DNA from: the human T2T-CHM13v2.0 reference genome, Homo sapiens
Reading direction: 5' to 3' (one strand)
Length of the DNA stretch: 64,000 bases
Assembly (NCBI RefSeq): GCF_009914755.1
Contig: NC_060930.1
The notes beneath the pieces were generated by a model that did not search any database, was not told the origin of the DNA, and saw only the letters and a program-made list of their open reading frames with translations. A program made the position numbers and the translations under genes. Below are positions 1-12,740 of the stretch, one piece after another. Every line of letters begins with the position of its first letter. The stretch's first letter is position 1.

Positions 1-659
1 ATTAAAATCTTAAAAATAAGATGCTTGTATCCTATTTGTTTGTTAAATATACATATATCAATTATAATTGATTTTTAAGAGAGAGTTTAAAATGTAGTAT
101 CTGAGTAGCAAATATTTAGTAAATAATCTCTACTTTCTATTTTAATATGTTGTACCAAAATTTATATTTTCTGAGCAAACCAATCTATATGTTGTGCTCC
201 TAAATTAATAAAGTGCTTATATTTTATAAAGTACAAAATAACTTCTGTAGAAGTTGTCATTGTTCTCAATATTTTTATATTTTCCATATTTTTTGGAAAG
301 TCCCCAAAAATTAACTCCCTTAAAAGTCTTCTTGTAAATTCCAGTAAATTACATGTATTCAAAGCAAGGAGTTCTTGCTTGGGGTTTCCAAAATATGTTA
401 TTTTCCACTTGAATTCGAATATTGTCCCAGAGATCATGAAGGTTCCTAGAATGTTTATTCACAATTCTAACTATTCTAACAATAATATCTGGATTCTACA
501 ACCTCTATCAAAAGTCCCAATACTCTAAAATATCTTTGCATGGTAAACATACTGAAATCCTTGTCCTTAGAGTTAATTCCTCTTTTTAATCCAAGATGAC
601 TAGAAGACCCCAGGAGAAAAATGATATATAAAGAAAAGGTATTATCACTGACCAATACA

Positions 660-775
660 TTTGTTCATTCATCCATTCATTCACTTAGCAAATACTACCA
701 AGTGCTTTGTCAGACACTGTGATATATGCCAAAGAAACAAACATAAATAAAACAAGGCTTCTACTTCACATAGAG
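660..775 (-). mobile_element. L2 3' end fragment
   Basis: (CATT)n-like tail followed by agcaaatact...gtcagacactgtg, typical of a reverse L2 terminus. Confidence 0.55.
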
Positions 776-781
776 AAGAAA

Positions 782-1065
<284 letters not shown>

Positions 1066-1427
1066 AGGTAATGAAATTGATGGGATGAGTTTTGGAAGAA
1101 CAAAGAAGTAGATGTGAAGTCCTTTTAGTATTTGCTTCTGATACCCACCAAAATGATCATGGCAAAGCCCAGGCAACATTTCAAAGTAAAAAAGACTATG
1201 TCTGTTTCTTCCTACTTTTGAGTGCCCATCCATCTCTGAGAAACTACTGACCTCATTTGCTCACAACTACCAAATGGCCAGAATCCCACTGATGCCCAAC
1301 CACCAACAGCCCACACAGATGAAGGGTCTCAGTAGTTCTATAGTTCCAGTAATTTCTCAGCTGTGTCCCAAGTCCCTCTAGGCTCAACTCACTTATACAT
1401 GACTAAGTAGAGAAATACTAATTCATT

Positions 1428-1439
1428 GGGGGGGGGGGG
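1428..1439 (+). repeat. G12 homopolymer
   Basis: Twelve consecutive G. Confidence 0.95.
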
Positions 1440-1872
1440 CGGTAACAGGAGAAATTAAGCGAAATGCCACATAAAAAATTATTACAGTGGCTGGCACGTA
1501 AAAGGCATTCAATTATCAGCTATTGTTTTCATATGCCCAACATGTAGCTTGGAGTACTTGCTCTATACCTGTCACTTCGCTATTGTGTGAACCAAAGAGA
1601 CACAGTTCTTGGCCTCATGAAATCTAAAATTTTGTGGAGGAAATAAGACATTAATACACAATTGCAAAATTTACTTCATAAGCACAAACTCTGCAAATTG
1701 GTAAGAAGAAAAATACATAATACTATGAGAGTAACAGTGAGGGATCAAGGGTGAGACCTAAAGAGTGAGCAGCAGTTAACTAGGTGTAGAGTTGCTCCAG
1801 AGAAAGGAGGCAGGACAGATGAAAAGTCAGAAGTGGGAAAGAGCTCCATACATCCAAAAGACTGAAAAGCAA

Positions 1873-2627
1873 GAAATGCAAATCAAAATCACAATGAGAT
1901 ACCATCTCACACCAGTCAGAATGGCTATTATTAAAAAGTCAAAAAATAATAGATGCTGACGAGGCTGTGAAGAAAAAGGAATGCTTATACACTGTTGGTG
2001 GGAATCCAAATTAGTTCAGCCACTGTGGAAAAAAAGTTTGGTGATTTCTCAAAGAACTAAAAATAGAACTACCATTAAAACCAGCAATCACCTTACTGGG
2101 TATATATCCAAAGGAAAATAAATTATTCTACCAAAAGACACATGCACTTGTAGGTTTATCACAGCACTGCTCTCAGTAGCAAAGACATGGAATCAACCTA
2201 CCTGCCCATCAATGGTGGATTGGATAAAGAAACTGTGGTACACATACGCCATGGAACACTACACAGCCATAAAAAAGAATAAAATCATGTTCTTTGCAGC
2301 CACATGGGTGCTGCTGGAGGCCATTATCTTAAACAAATTAACACAGGAACAGAAAACTAAATACTACATGTTCTCACTTATAAGTGGAGGTAAGCGTTGG
2401 GTACACATGGACATCGAAATGAAAATAACAGACACTAGAGACTGCTAGAGACGGAAAGAAGGGATGAAGGCAAGGGCTGAAGAGCTACCTATTGGGTGCT
2501 ATGCTCACTACCTGGGTGAAAGGATTCACTCATATCCCAAACCTCAGCGTTATGTAATACTTACATGTAACCAGCCTGCACATGTACCATCTGAATCTAA
2601 ATGAAAAGTTGAAATTATATTTTTTAA
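1873..2627 (+). mobile_element. 5'-truncated L1 (L1PA15/16-like), end of ORF2 plus 3' UTR
   Basis: gaaatgcaaatcaaaatcacaatgagataccatctcacaccagtcagaatggc...ctgaatctaaatgaaaagttgaaatt; exact 17-bp TSD aaaagactgaaaagcaa at 1856-1872 and 2628-2644. Confidence 0.92.
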
Positions 2628-2903
2628 AAAAGACTGAAAAGCAACAGGAATGCCCACATTGCTGAATCTGGAGGAGAGAGGTAAGAGGCAGGGCTAGAAA
2701 GGCGGGCAAGAGAGCAGATTAGGAAGACTATGTAAAAACAATGAGATTTTTGTCGTGATAATGAAAGTAAGCCACTAAGGGGAAATTAAAGAGGGAAATT
2801 ACACAGCCAACTCATACTTTTCAGAGTGCTCTGGCTGCAGTGGGGGAGAATGGAGTAGATGAGGGTAAGCATAGCAGGAGAAGAATAATTAAGAGGCATT
2901 CTA

Positions 2904-3305
2904 TGGCTGCATAGTATTCCATGGTGTATATGTGCCACATTTTCCTAATCCAGTCTATCATTGTTGGACATTTGGCTTGGTTCCAAGTCTTTGCTATTGT
3001 GAATAGTGCCACAATAAACATATGTGTGCATGTGTCTGTATAGCAGCATGATTTATAATCCTTTGAGTATATACCCAGTAACGGGATGGCTGGGTCCAGA
3101 TGGTATTTCTAGTTCTAGATCCCTGAGGAATTGCCACACTGACGGGAGGGGGGAGGGATAGGATTAGGATAGGATTAGGAGATATACCTAATGTTAAATG
3201 ACGAGTTAATGGGTGCAGCACACCAACATGGCACATGTATACATATGTAACTAACCTGCACATTGTGCACATGTACCCTAAAACTTAAAGTATAATAAAA
3301 TAAAA
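2904..3305 (+). mobile_element. Young 5'-inverted (twin-primed) L1, L1PA3/4-like: 2904-3143 inverted, 3144-3305 sense 3' end
   Basis: Reverse-strand ORF2-end sequence joined to the sense tail ...taccctaaaacttaaagtataataaaa; 13-bp TSD aagaggcattcta at 2891-2903 and 3306-3318. Confidence 0.93.
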
Positions 3306-4218
3306 AAGAGGCATTCTAGTGGTTCACCCAAGAGGCCATGATGCATATATTAGGGTGGTGAGAGAGGAAATTAAAAAACACATATCTGAGTAACATTCAA
3401 GAAGCAGAATAGCCAGGATTGGATAAAGTGTCAAGAGCAACCCTGAGCAATTGGGAGTGGAAGATGGTGCCATGTGCTGGAATGGGAAAGCTGGAAGAAG
3501 AGTAAGTTGGCCACTGGCAATGGCAGGCTTGGTAGGGAGAGAGCAGGAATAGAGGATTCTCTCTGAGTTATTTTAGTTTAAGATAACTGTACATCAACCC
3601 AGTGCAGATTTCAAGTGGACAATTAGACATATAGGTCTGATCCTTGGGAAAAGACAAAACATATTTATGAGTTCAAGAACCATCAATAGCTTCACAACTA
3701 GAAAATGTATGTTCTCCAAAAATCACCAAGACAGAATGAGAAGAATCGTTATCTAAAAATAGATGAGGGTTTTTTTTAATTCGAGGGAGTTTTTAAAATC
3801 ATATGGAGCATTCAAAAATGTGTTTGCTAATAGGAAATGTCATATAGAGAGGGAAAGACTGCAGACAAGAAAGAGAAAGGAAGGAGACAAGTATGGACTG
3901 AGATATCTGAAAAGGAATAACAGCATTAAGATGCAGAGAACATCAGGTGGGATTATCTTTGGGAGAAGGTAAAACACTTTGTTACAACAGGAGGAAAGAA
4001 AGAGAAGAAAGGGGTGCTGCAATTTACATATACTTGTCTCCTTTAAAGAGGAGCCTGAGGATACCTAAAATACCCTGCAAAAGACTATGAACTTGGGACA
4101 CACTTTCAGTTCACCTCTAAATCATATCATGTAAACATTAGACTTCTTCTGCTAATAACCAATAGAAATCAGGGATGATCTCTACTATAAAACTCTGTGT
4201 GTAAAAATATATCTATCT

Positions 4219-4609
<391 letters not shown>

Positions 4610-4840
4610 TTAATGTCTACTTAAAAAACTTTATTACCTTAACACCATCTGAACAGGATTCTTTTAAAAGTAACTAATGACAATTAATACGTAAGAATGA
4701 GTGACTGCTGTATAAATACATAAAATAGTTAATGAAACTAATGCACATGCATCTAGACATCCATATATCAAGCCAAGCATGTATTTTACATATGGGGTCT
4801 TTGTAGCCATCCATTCATTCTCGAATAGAGACTAGTTCTA

Positions 4841-5150
4841 TATTACAACATGGATGAAACTTGAGAACATCATGCAGGGTGAGAAACTTCACTGTATGAT
4901 TCCTTTTACATGAAATGTCTAGAGTAGGAAAATCTGTAGAGATGGAAAGTAGATTAATGGTTGCCTGTGGCTGGGGGAGATTGCGGACTAGGGAGTTATA
5001 GCCTAAGGGGTATGGGGTTTCTTTGGGGGGTAATCAAATGTTCCAAAATTAATTACAGTAATCGCATGTCTCTGTAAAAACCACGAATTGTACAATTTAA
5101 ATGGATGAATTTTATGGTATGTGAATTATATCTCAATAAATCTCTTAAAA
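4841..5150 (+). mobile_element. Old L1MB-type 3' end
   Basis: acaacatggatgaaacttgagaacat...gaaagtagattaatggttgcc...atgtgaattatatctcaataaa. Confidence 0.85.
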
Positions 5151-5229
5151 ATTAAAGTACTTTTTGTACTAATATGGAATAATCATATCTTTCTATACTA
5201 ATATGGAATAATTACATGGAATAATAATA

Positions 5230-5525
5230 GCTTTTAAAGCAAGGCACACATAGTGTACAATTTGTAATATTTATACAAAGGGAGTGAATAAAAATAAATG
5301 TAGTGTGTGTTTTTTTTAATTTTTGCATATGCAGCATAGAATATCTTTGGAAAGATACCAAAGGCAGGAACCAGTAACACTGCCATCTTCAGGAAATGAA
5401 ACTGGCTGGCTGGAAGACATGGGTGAAGGGAAAATTTTCAATGAGCAATCTTTTTCTCTTTGAATTTTGAACAAAGTAAATACACTACTTTAAAATCTTT
5501 TAAAAAATTGAAATTAAAATTAAAA
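5230..5525 (+). mobile_element. Very old L1ME-type 3' end fragment
   Basis: gcatagaatatctttggaaagatacc...ccagtaacactgccatcttcagg motif and A-rich end. Confidence 0.55.
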
Positions 5526-6339
5526 GTAGAGACTAGTCATAATTTTATTTGAAATGCAAATTAAAAGAGAATCTCTCACACACACACACATTTGCATGTG
5601 TGTGTGTTTATGTGTGTGTGTCTTTTAGTCCTTGTCAGACATGTAATTTTTTTCTGCTGACAGGAATATAAGAAATATGAGCAAGAGAATAAGCTGTGCA
5701 GATTTCTTATTTGACCTGGCTTTGACTTCCTGTTTCTAATGTCCCTTAATTTACATTTTGATAGGTAATGTTCCTTTCTCATTTTATCTTCATATTTGCA
5801 ATTTTTACATTTGGATATTTATGGAATGTGGATCTACGCAAAATTTGACTCTGCCATTGGAATTGGAGTTCAGTATGATGTTTCAATTTATTCTGACTTC
5901 AGTTTTTGCTTGCTAAGTTAATATTAGGACAAGATCAAACTCCATTATCTTGCATAGATTACTCTCTAGAAAGTTCTCCCTATTGCCACTTTGCTGGTCC
6001 ATAATCACTGGAGACAACTTCCTGAAATATGGATTTATGGGAAGGCAAACAAAGAATTATAAACACAAAGAAAATCAGAAAACTATGAAAGAGATATACT
6101 GAATAATCAATAATCAATTCAATATCCCAAGAACTAATACTCAAAGATACAAAATAAAGCAAATGGAAAATTTAGCTTAAGCATATTCCCAAACACACTT
6201 TAGAAACACAGAATATTTTAGAAGCATACAAAAATAGTTTCTTGTATTTCCTTTTGATTCCTTTATATTTAATATAAGACTCTAGTTCGTCTGGCATGGC
6301 ATGACTTGGGAACACAACAGAATTTTTTTTAGCATGTGG

Positions 6340-7240
6340 GTAGACAACTATTCCAACATAATTTACTGAAACGTAGTATTTTCCCACTGTTTTGAAATGC
6401 CATCTTAATTACTAAGTACATTCTCTTATATCCATGGGTCTGTTTCTGGACTCTATTTTGTCTCATTCACTTTCCTTTCCTGCCTCTTCCTATGACAATA
6501 TCATACCAGCTTTATCTAGACCAATCCTCTCCAAAATAATGTTTTTAAAATCCTTGCCAGTTGTATATTTGCTTTTCCTAAAAATATTAGAATCAGCTTC
6601 TCACGTTCTAATTTTTTTTAATCTAAATGCAATTTTAACTAGGCTTACTTGAATTTATGAATCCATGTGGGGGAGAATCTTTTCATCATTGTGTCTTCCT
6701 GTATTTTTACAGCATTCCACCTATTTAGCAAGGTTTTCAGGGGGTTTTTCTTCACATGACATATGAATTTTTTGTTTATATCTAGGTATTTTACCTTTTT
6801 CCATCAAAAGTGGAATTTATTGTCTATTGCATTTTCTAATTGGTGATTGCTATTATACAGGAATGCTATTGTTCCTTGCATGCTAGTATTGTTGCCAGCC
6901 ATTTTACTTAAATATCTTGTATTTTTTTCTAGAAAAAAAAAAAACATAGGCTTACCAGTAATTGTTTTCCTGCTTCTTTCAAGTGGCTGTGCTTTCTATC
7001 CTATTTTTTTCATGTACTATTGCATTGTTTGGTATCTCCAGTAATAGAAATAAGAGTAGGCATTCACGTTTTATTCTCGACACTAACAGGAATGAAATTA
7101 ACCTTTCACACTTAATTATAATATTTCCTATGGACTTCTTGTAAACACCTTATATCCAGTTAAGAGAAATTCCCCTATTTCTGTAATAATAAATTGTTGT
7201 TGAGTATTAACAGATAGAAATTTATCAAATGCTTTTAAAA
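6340..7240 (-). mobile_element. Degraded L1M ORF2 fragment (continues at about 7950-8250)
   Basis: T-rich reverse L1 motifs: gggtctgtttctggactctatt, ctaggtatttta; ccttgcattcctgggattaaaccc in the continuation. Confidence 0.7.
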
Positions 7241-8609
7241 AAATTGATTTGGGGTCTTGGAAAACACCCTACAAAATTCACTCGATACTACCATGTAAAC
7301 ACTTTTTCTTCTAATGGGAAGCAGATGAGTTTAACATACTGTAATTATTAACTCTTGCCCTTAACCAAGGGATACAAATAATCTATGCCACATTCAAGAG
7401 GAAGACAGCATATTTTCTACACCAAAAGAAAACAACAACAAAAAACAGGAAATGCCTTCAAAAATCTTGTTCTAAATGTCTGCTTAGATTTCAGATTTCT
7501 TTACTTTAGATGCTTCTATAAAATAACAGAGAAATTTTACCCTCAGTATCCCAAGTTTTCCAAGACTTGTGATTGGGAACCATAATAAGCCTATTAATTT
7601 CTGTTTTGGTTCATCTTCTCCTTCTTCAGCCCACTGATACCATCCTTCACTCTGCCCCACTGCCCTAGAAATAGTTTTCTCTGCTCACTCACCCTTAGCC
7701 ACCTAAAATATGTGACACTTCCCCATGGCCCTGATGTGCCCTGGAACCTTGGACAGTCTGAATATTTAAGAAGCCCTTACTCAGATAAAGACACAGAGTA
7801 GTATAGGCAGAAGCTGGCACTGCACGTGACAAGGGGAAGAAAGACAATAAAACTTATTTAGTCATTCTTGGCTTTTTATATATGGAATATCGTGCCTCAT
7901 TATTATAAAAAGAAAGTACAATCTTGGGGAAACAGAGAGACTTCTAATTTTGTCTTACTGAATTATGTTAGATTATTTTTCCTGATATTCTAGAACTATC
8001 CTTGCATTCCTGGGATTAAACCCTATTTAACTATAATTTGTGATTCTTTGGAAGCACAGGTACATTGGATTTAGTAAGACTTCTCCTCAATATCAATGAG
8101 ATTAGCCTTTAATTTTCTTCTTTGTGCCACCTTTATCTAATTATATAATCAATCCTATAGCCTTAAGAATGAATTAGGAAGATTTTTATTTTTCTCCAGG
8201 TTCTGAAAGAGTTTATAATATGGTGATTATGTGTTCCTTGAAGGTATGTTTTGCATTTTTAAAGAAGTAACCCGGATGATCTCAGCTATAGGTAGGCTAT
8301 GAATTCACTTTAAGATCAACTGACCTGAAAAAATTCTCCCACTTGAACAATGAGGCATAAATATTTTTGTCATTGTATTGTTTATAAAAGTGAAAAAATT
8401 GGGGTGAAAATTTATGTTCATCAGTAAGATGGTAATTCAATAAATTATACCACATTCCTACTCTGGGTAACTACACTGTCATTTAAAAGGATGCAGGACA
8501 TTTGTCATTACTGATATGATAGTATTTTGAATATAGACTTAACTTTTTTGAAAGTCACATATGAATACTTAGAACATATGCTTTTCATTGCTGAATTAAG
8601 GAACATCTT

Positions 8610-8830
8610 AACATGGCATATAAGAGTTCTAGAGTCAAACTATTGGGTCCAAATATTGTCCCTCTACCAATCACTTTTATGATCTCTATTTCTCAGTTTC
8701 CCGGCTACCTGATAAAGAGAGATGGTAATAGTGCTTCACAGGGTGTTGTGAGGATTCCAAAGTGAATTCATCCAAAACGCTAAGGATAGAAACTGATATG
8801 TAGTAAAATACTCAATTAATTAATATTTTT
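8610..8830 (+). mobile_element. MIR
   Basis: ctagagtcaaac...tctcagtttcc...cacagggtgttgtgaggatt core and MIR-type tail. Confidence 0.7.
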
Positions 8831-9379
8831 AAAGTTATTCGTTATATAAATAAATACACATATTTAAAAAAATGTAATCCCAACTGAGAATAGCAGTTAT
8901 CCAGGGGAGGGCAAAAAGAAAGGGCTAAATGGTTCTTGATATTTTGCTCTGTATATTTTTACATTATTTTGAACAGAAAAAAATTATGTATTATGTTTAA
9001 AATTTTTTAAAGAACAAAGTTACAGAAGCCTAATACTAATTGTAAAGATGTCAGATAGCCATATAGAATTAGATGTCTAAGACAAGAAAGGTATTGGACT
9101 TTCATTCAGGTACAAAGCAACATGGAGGCCAGCATGGAGAGAGCAGCAGGAATGAGACACACCTGGATTTACATCCCGCTCGGTCCCTTTGTAGCTGTGG
9201 GACCCAGGGAATATTACTTATCCTCTAAGCTAGGGTTTTTCTAGCTGGTAGGTCCACAGACACCCTATTAGAGTTTCAGTACCATTTGCAAAGTTGGTTC
9301 AAAATATAGATCACTAGTAATTTAGAAACATTTCCATTGACTTTTAGGCATGCTAAAGTTTAAGAAACAAAATAAAGTT

Positions 9380-10285
9380 AAGAAACCAAAATAAAATACA
9401 ATAAAAATTCTAAGCCTCCCAACCAACTGAATGGATCCTCCTCTCAGCCAAGGGGATTCCAAAGAAACCTGAAAAACTAGCTCAGGCCACGATGGGAAGG
9501 AGTGGTCATCAGACATACCTCATTATACATTCCTGCCTTTGGAATTTAGGTACAACTGACCAGCATTAACATTAAAACAGAGATATTAAAACTGACAAAC
9601 AGACTATTTTGGAGCAATAAGGTACTAAATTCCAACCCAACTCTAGTAGAGCATCACATGACAGATAGCAGGTCCTGAAAGTATCAAAGTATTTTACCCC
9701 AAAATATATTTGTCTGTCATATTTTGAAATGGCTATGCAAAGCTGTCTCTTATGGGGGAAATTTATATTCTTTAGAGAATCGCATTCCATCTCCAGGTCT
9801 TTTTTAGATCCTGAAGAGATTAGCTGAGAGTCTAGTACCTTTCAAATGTCTGAATAGGAAATGTTTGCCATCTATTACCTCTAAGGGTAGTCACCTAAAG
9901 ACTTCATCTTCATAATAAGAACCTTGGTATGCACAACCCTTTATCTTAACCCAGACACTCCTTTCTATTGATTCCAGGTTTTTAGATAATAATTTAACTC
10001 TTTCAACCAATTGCCAATCAGAAAATCTTTGAATCCACCTATGACCTGTAAGCCTGCTTCCCACTTCAAGTTGTCCTACCTTTCCAGAGCAAACCAATGT
10101 ATACCTGACATGCATTCATTGATGTCTCATGTCTCCCTAAAACATAAAAAAACAAGCTGTAACCCAACCACCTTGAGCACAAGTTCTCAGGACCTCCTGA
10201 GGCTGTGTCACAGGACATGGTCCTCATATTCAGCTCAAAATAAAACTCTTCAAATATTTTGAAGAGTTTGACCTTTTTATCAACA
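9380..10285 (+). mobile_element. ERV1 solo LTR, MER4 family (MER4D/E-like, about 900 bp), inserted in a MIR
   Basis: aaattctaagcctcccaaccaactgaatgga...cctgaaaaactag...aataaaactcttcaaatattt...tcaaca; MIR halves at about 9140-9255 and 10340-10460. Confidence 0.88.
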
Positions 10286-12234
10286 GAACTGCTCTCAATT
10301 TTGATTTCTTAGTGTGTCAAACATGGTGCCAATGTCACACCATATTTATAAAGCTTTAGTGAGATAAAATAAATATTTAATACTGTGCCTGGAACATTAA
10401 AAAACTGAACTCATGTTATTATAATAACGGGTACATTGTTGCTAGTACTACCACTGTTATCACCATACTCTGTAATAACTGTTCCTGTGTTTAAATGAAG
10501 GATCTGATATTTCCTCAACATGCCATAGCCTTCTATGGCCTTATATTTATATAACTTATTACTTTTTCTGGCTCAAAAAATAAATGTGAATATCTCTACT
10601 ATTTCCTACATTTTTTTTTACTGGTAATATTTTGTGGCCTTCTGATTTTAACTTCTGACCACTATTATTCAAGTAACCTGGGATCTTGAAAAAGTAAGTG
10701 CAGTGCTTGGAACTAAAATTCTGGTATGGTCCTTATTAACGCAATATGATTTGGGCTTGACTGTGATGGGAGATTGTAGAAATAGGATAGGAAAAGAAAA
10801 GATATCGGAATAGTAGAGCTTATAAGAATTGTGGTTAAAGTTTTCCTCTCTGGGTGAGGCTTGTACTAAGCATGGGGTGGCAAAAACTATGTTATTAATA
10901 AAATACTATATTTTCTAAGAACAAACCAGCCTTCCCCTTCTCTTTGTTACCTGAAAAACCTAGGCATAAAGCTACATGAGTCTTTGGTCCTGATTCTCCA
11001 TTTCCTTTGGAGGGAAAAAAAAAGTCCACATTTCTCACACAGCTTTGAGGGAAAGACTCATAACCATACTTAATGTATAAAAGCTGTGATTTCCATGCAA
11101 ACTGCTGCTTTCCCAGAAAAATGTAAAAGCCCCCTTTAGCAGTTTAAAAATCCTTTAACCATTTCCTTCCTGTTCCACTTGAACTAGGGGCCAGCTTGCT
11201 GTGCCTTAAAGCCTTCCTTCAGTGGCTTTCAGATGAATAAGTTAATTTTAGAAGTGTTAGAAACATTTTTAATTCATTCAGACTTTCAAGATATCATTAA
11301 ATACCAGGTACATACACTAGGAGCCAAGAAGAGTTACTCTACGATTCTCTCAGTCACAGATAATTTCCTTACCATACTGGGATTTAGGCCTAGCACTGCA
11401 AACAGCAAAACTTGGGCTTCCTCACAGTAGCCAATGTCATAGCTCTAAGCCTGCACCAATGTTTACTCATTTACACTCTTTCTTTTATAGTTTCACCAAA
11501 AAAGAAAACAAACAAAAACAGGTGCATCCACACTATACAAATGAGAAAAGGTAACCTCTGAAACGATTTCACAGCAAACAGAAGATCCACAAGCTGCTCA
11601 CTAGCTAAAACCACAGGAGGTGTGTCAGGCACCTTGATGCTGAGCCACAGGAGGCCTGCAGGCTTGGAAGGCAGTAAATCCCCAGAGAGCTCTAAACTCC
11701 TGATTGGCAAGCCACACCAGGCCCATCAGCTCCTCAGGTGCTGAGCCACAGGAGGCCTGTCAACTGCTCAGGTGGAAGGTGTGGGAGGAGGGAGGAGGCA
11801 AGCTGTGTGGAGGAGCTTGAATGAAAGGCCACCGGCTCACCAGGGGAGACAGGAAATGAGAGGTGCCTACTGGGAATACTAGAGTTCAGAGAACTTCATC
11901 AAGAAAAGGAACGAACCCACCCCCTCCTTGCATCTTCTTACCTGCAGGGAAGCACATCTCACAGAGAGTACATTTCTGGCCCAGGGATTCTAAATAAATA
12001 AATGCTAATGTAGAATGATTCCCAGACTGAGTTCTGCAGCAGACCACCAGGTCTTCCAGAGAAAATCAGCACCTCTTTGTCAGTTGCTAAGGTTCTCAGG
12101 GAACGGCCACCCTCCATCCACCCTTTGTTTGCCAAGATTCTCAGTATGACAGTGACACAGTGACATCTCCCCCTTAAGTTTTCAAAAGTCCTGGAAATAC
12201 TTTAGTAGGGACTGACTAGTCAGTGACTGCATCT

Positions 12235-12740
12235 CACTCTTTCATTTATTTACTCTAGCATTTGTTGTGGCTATAAGCCAAATCCTCTGCTTTGCATTAG
12301 AGATATAAAAAGTCAAATAAGACATAACCTCTGTTCTCGAGGTGACATAAAAGTAAGTAATATTTACAGAATAAGGGTATATGACAGAAATATATCCAAG
12401 GTGTTGTAGGAACCCAGCGGAAGGAGAATTAAATCAAATGAGGATTCGGGGACACTTTCTAGAAGAGGTGCCACCAAGTTGAGTGTTAAAGGACAAAAAT
12501 AAATAAGCTGAAAGAGAGGTTTAGGGTGGGGAGGGAGAGAAAGGGAAAGAAAGGAGAAGTGGAAAAAGTTACAGGTAGTAAGAAGAGCAAGTAAAAATAA
12601 CTGGAAAAGAAATAGTCGATTCCATCCAAGAAGAGTGAGTAGATAAGTAGAACTGGACAACAATGCATGCAGGAGAACAGCAGACGATGAGGCCAGATCA
12701 CAAAGGGCTCTGCAGTCCAAACAAATACGTTTGAAATCGA
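12235..12740 (-). mobile_element. L2 fragment
   Basis: ttcatttatttactctagcatttg...gaggccagatcacaaagggc reverse L2 signatures. Confidence 0.65.

Larger units (their letters stand above)
1540..4020 (-). mobile_element. Long degraded L2, interrupted by two younger L1 insertions
   Basis: Purine-rich L2-like segments at about 1540-1855, 2645-2890 and 3319-4020 become contiguous when the TSD-flanked L1s are removed. Boundaries approximate. Confidence 0.6.

Noticed and set aside
162-437. 91-aa minus-strand ORF as a possible further PKHD1 exon
   Set aside because: No resemblance to the expected continuation of the G8 domain and no convincing splice sites.
1428-1442. G12CGG as a functional G-quadruplex
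   Set aside because: Isolated homopolymer with no supporting context; length is also prone to sequencing error.
11611-11759. Spaced direct repeats as a CRISPR-like array
   Set aside because: Only two full copies, irregular spacing, primate intron, no cas genes.
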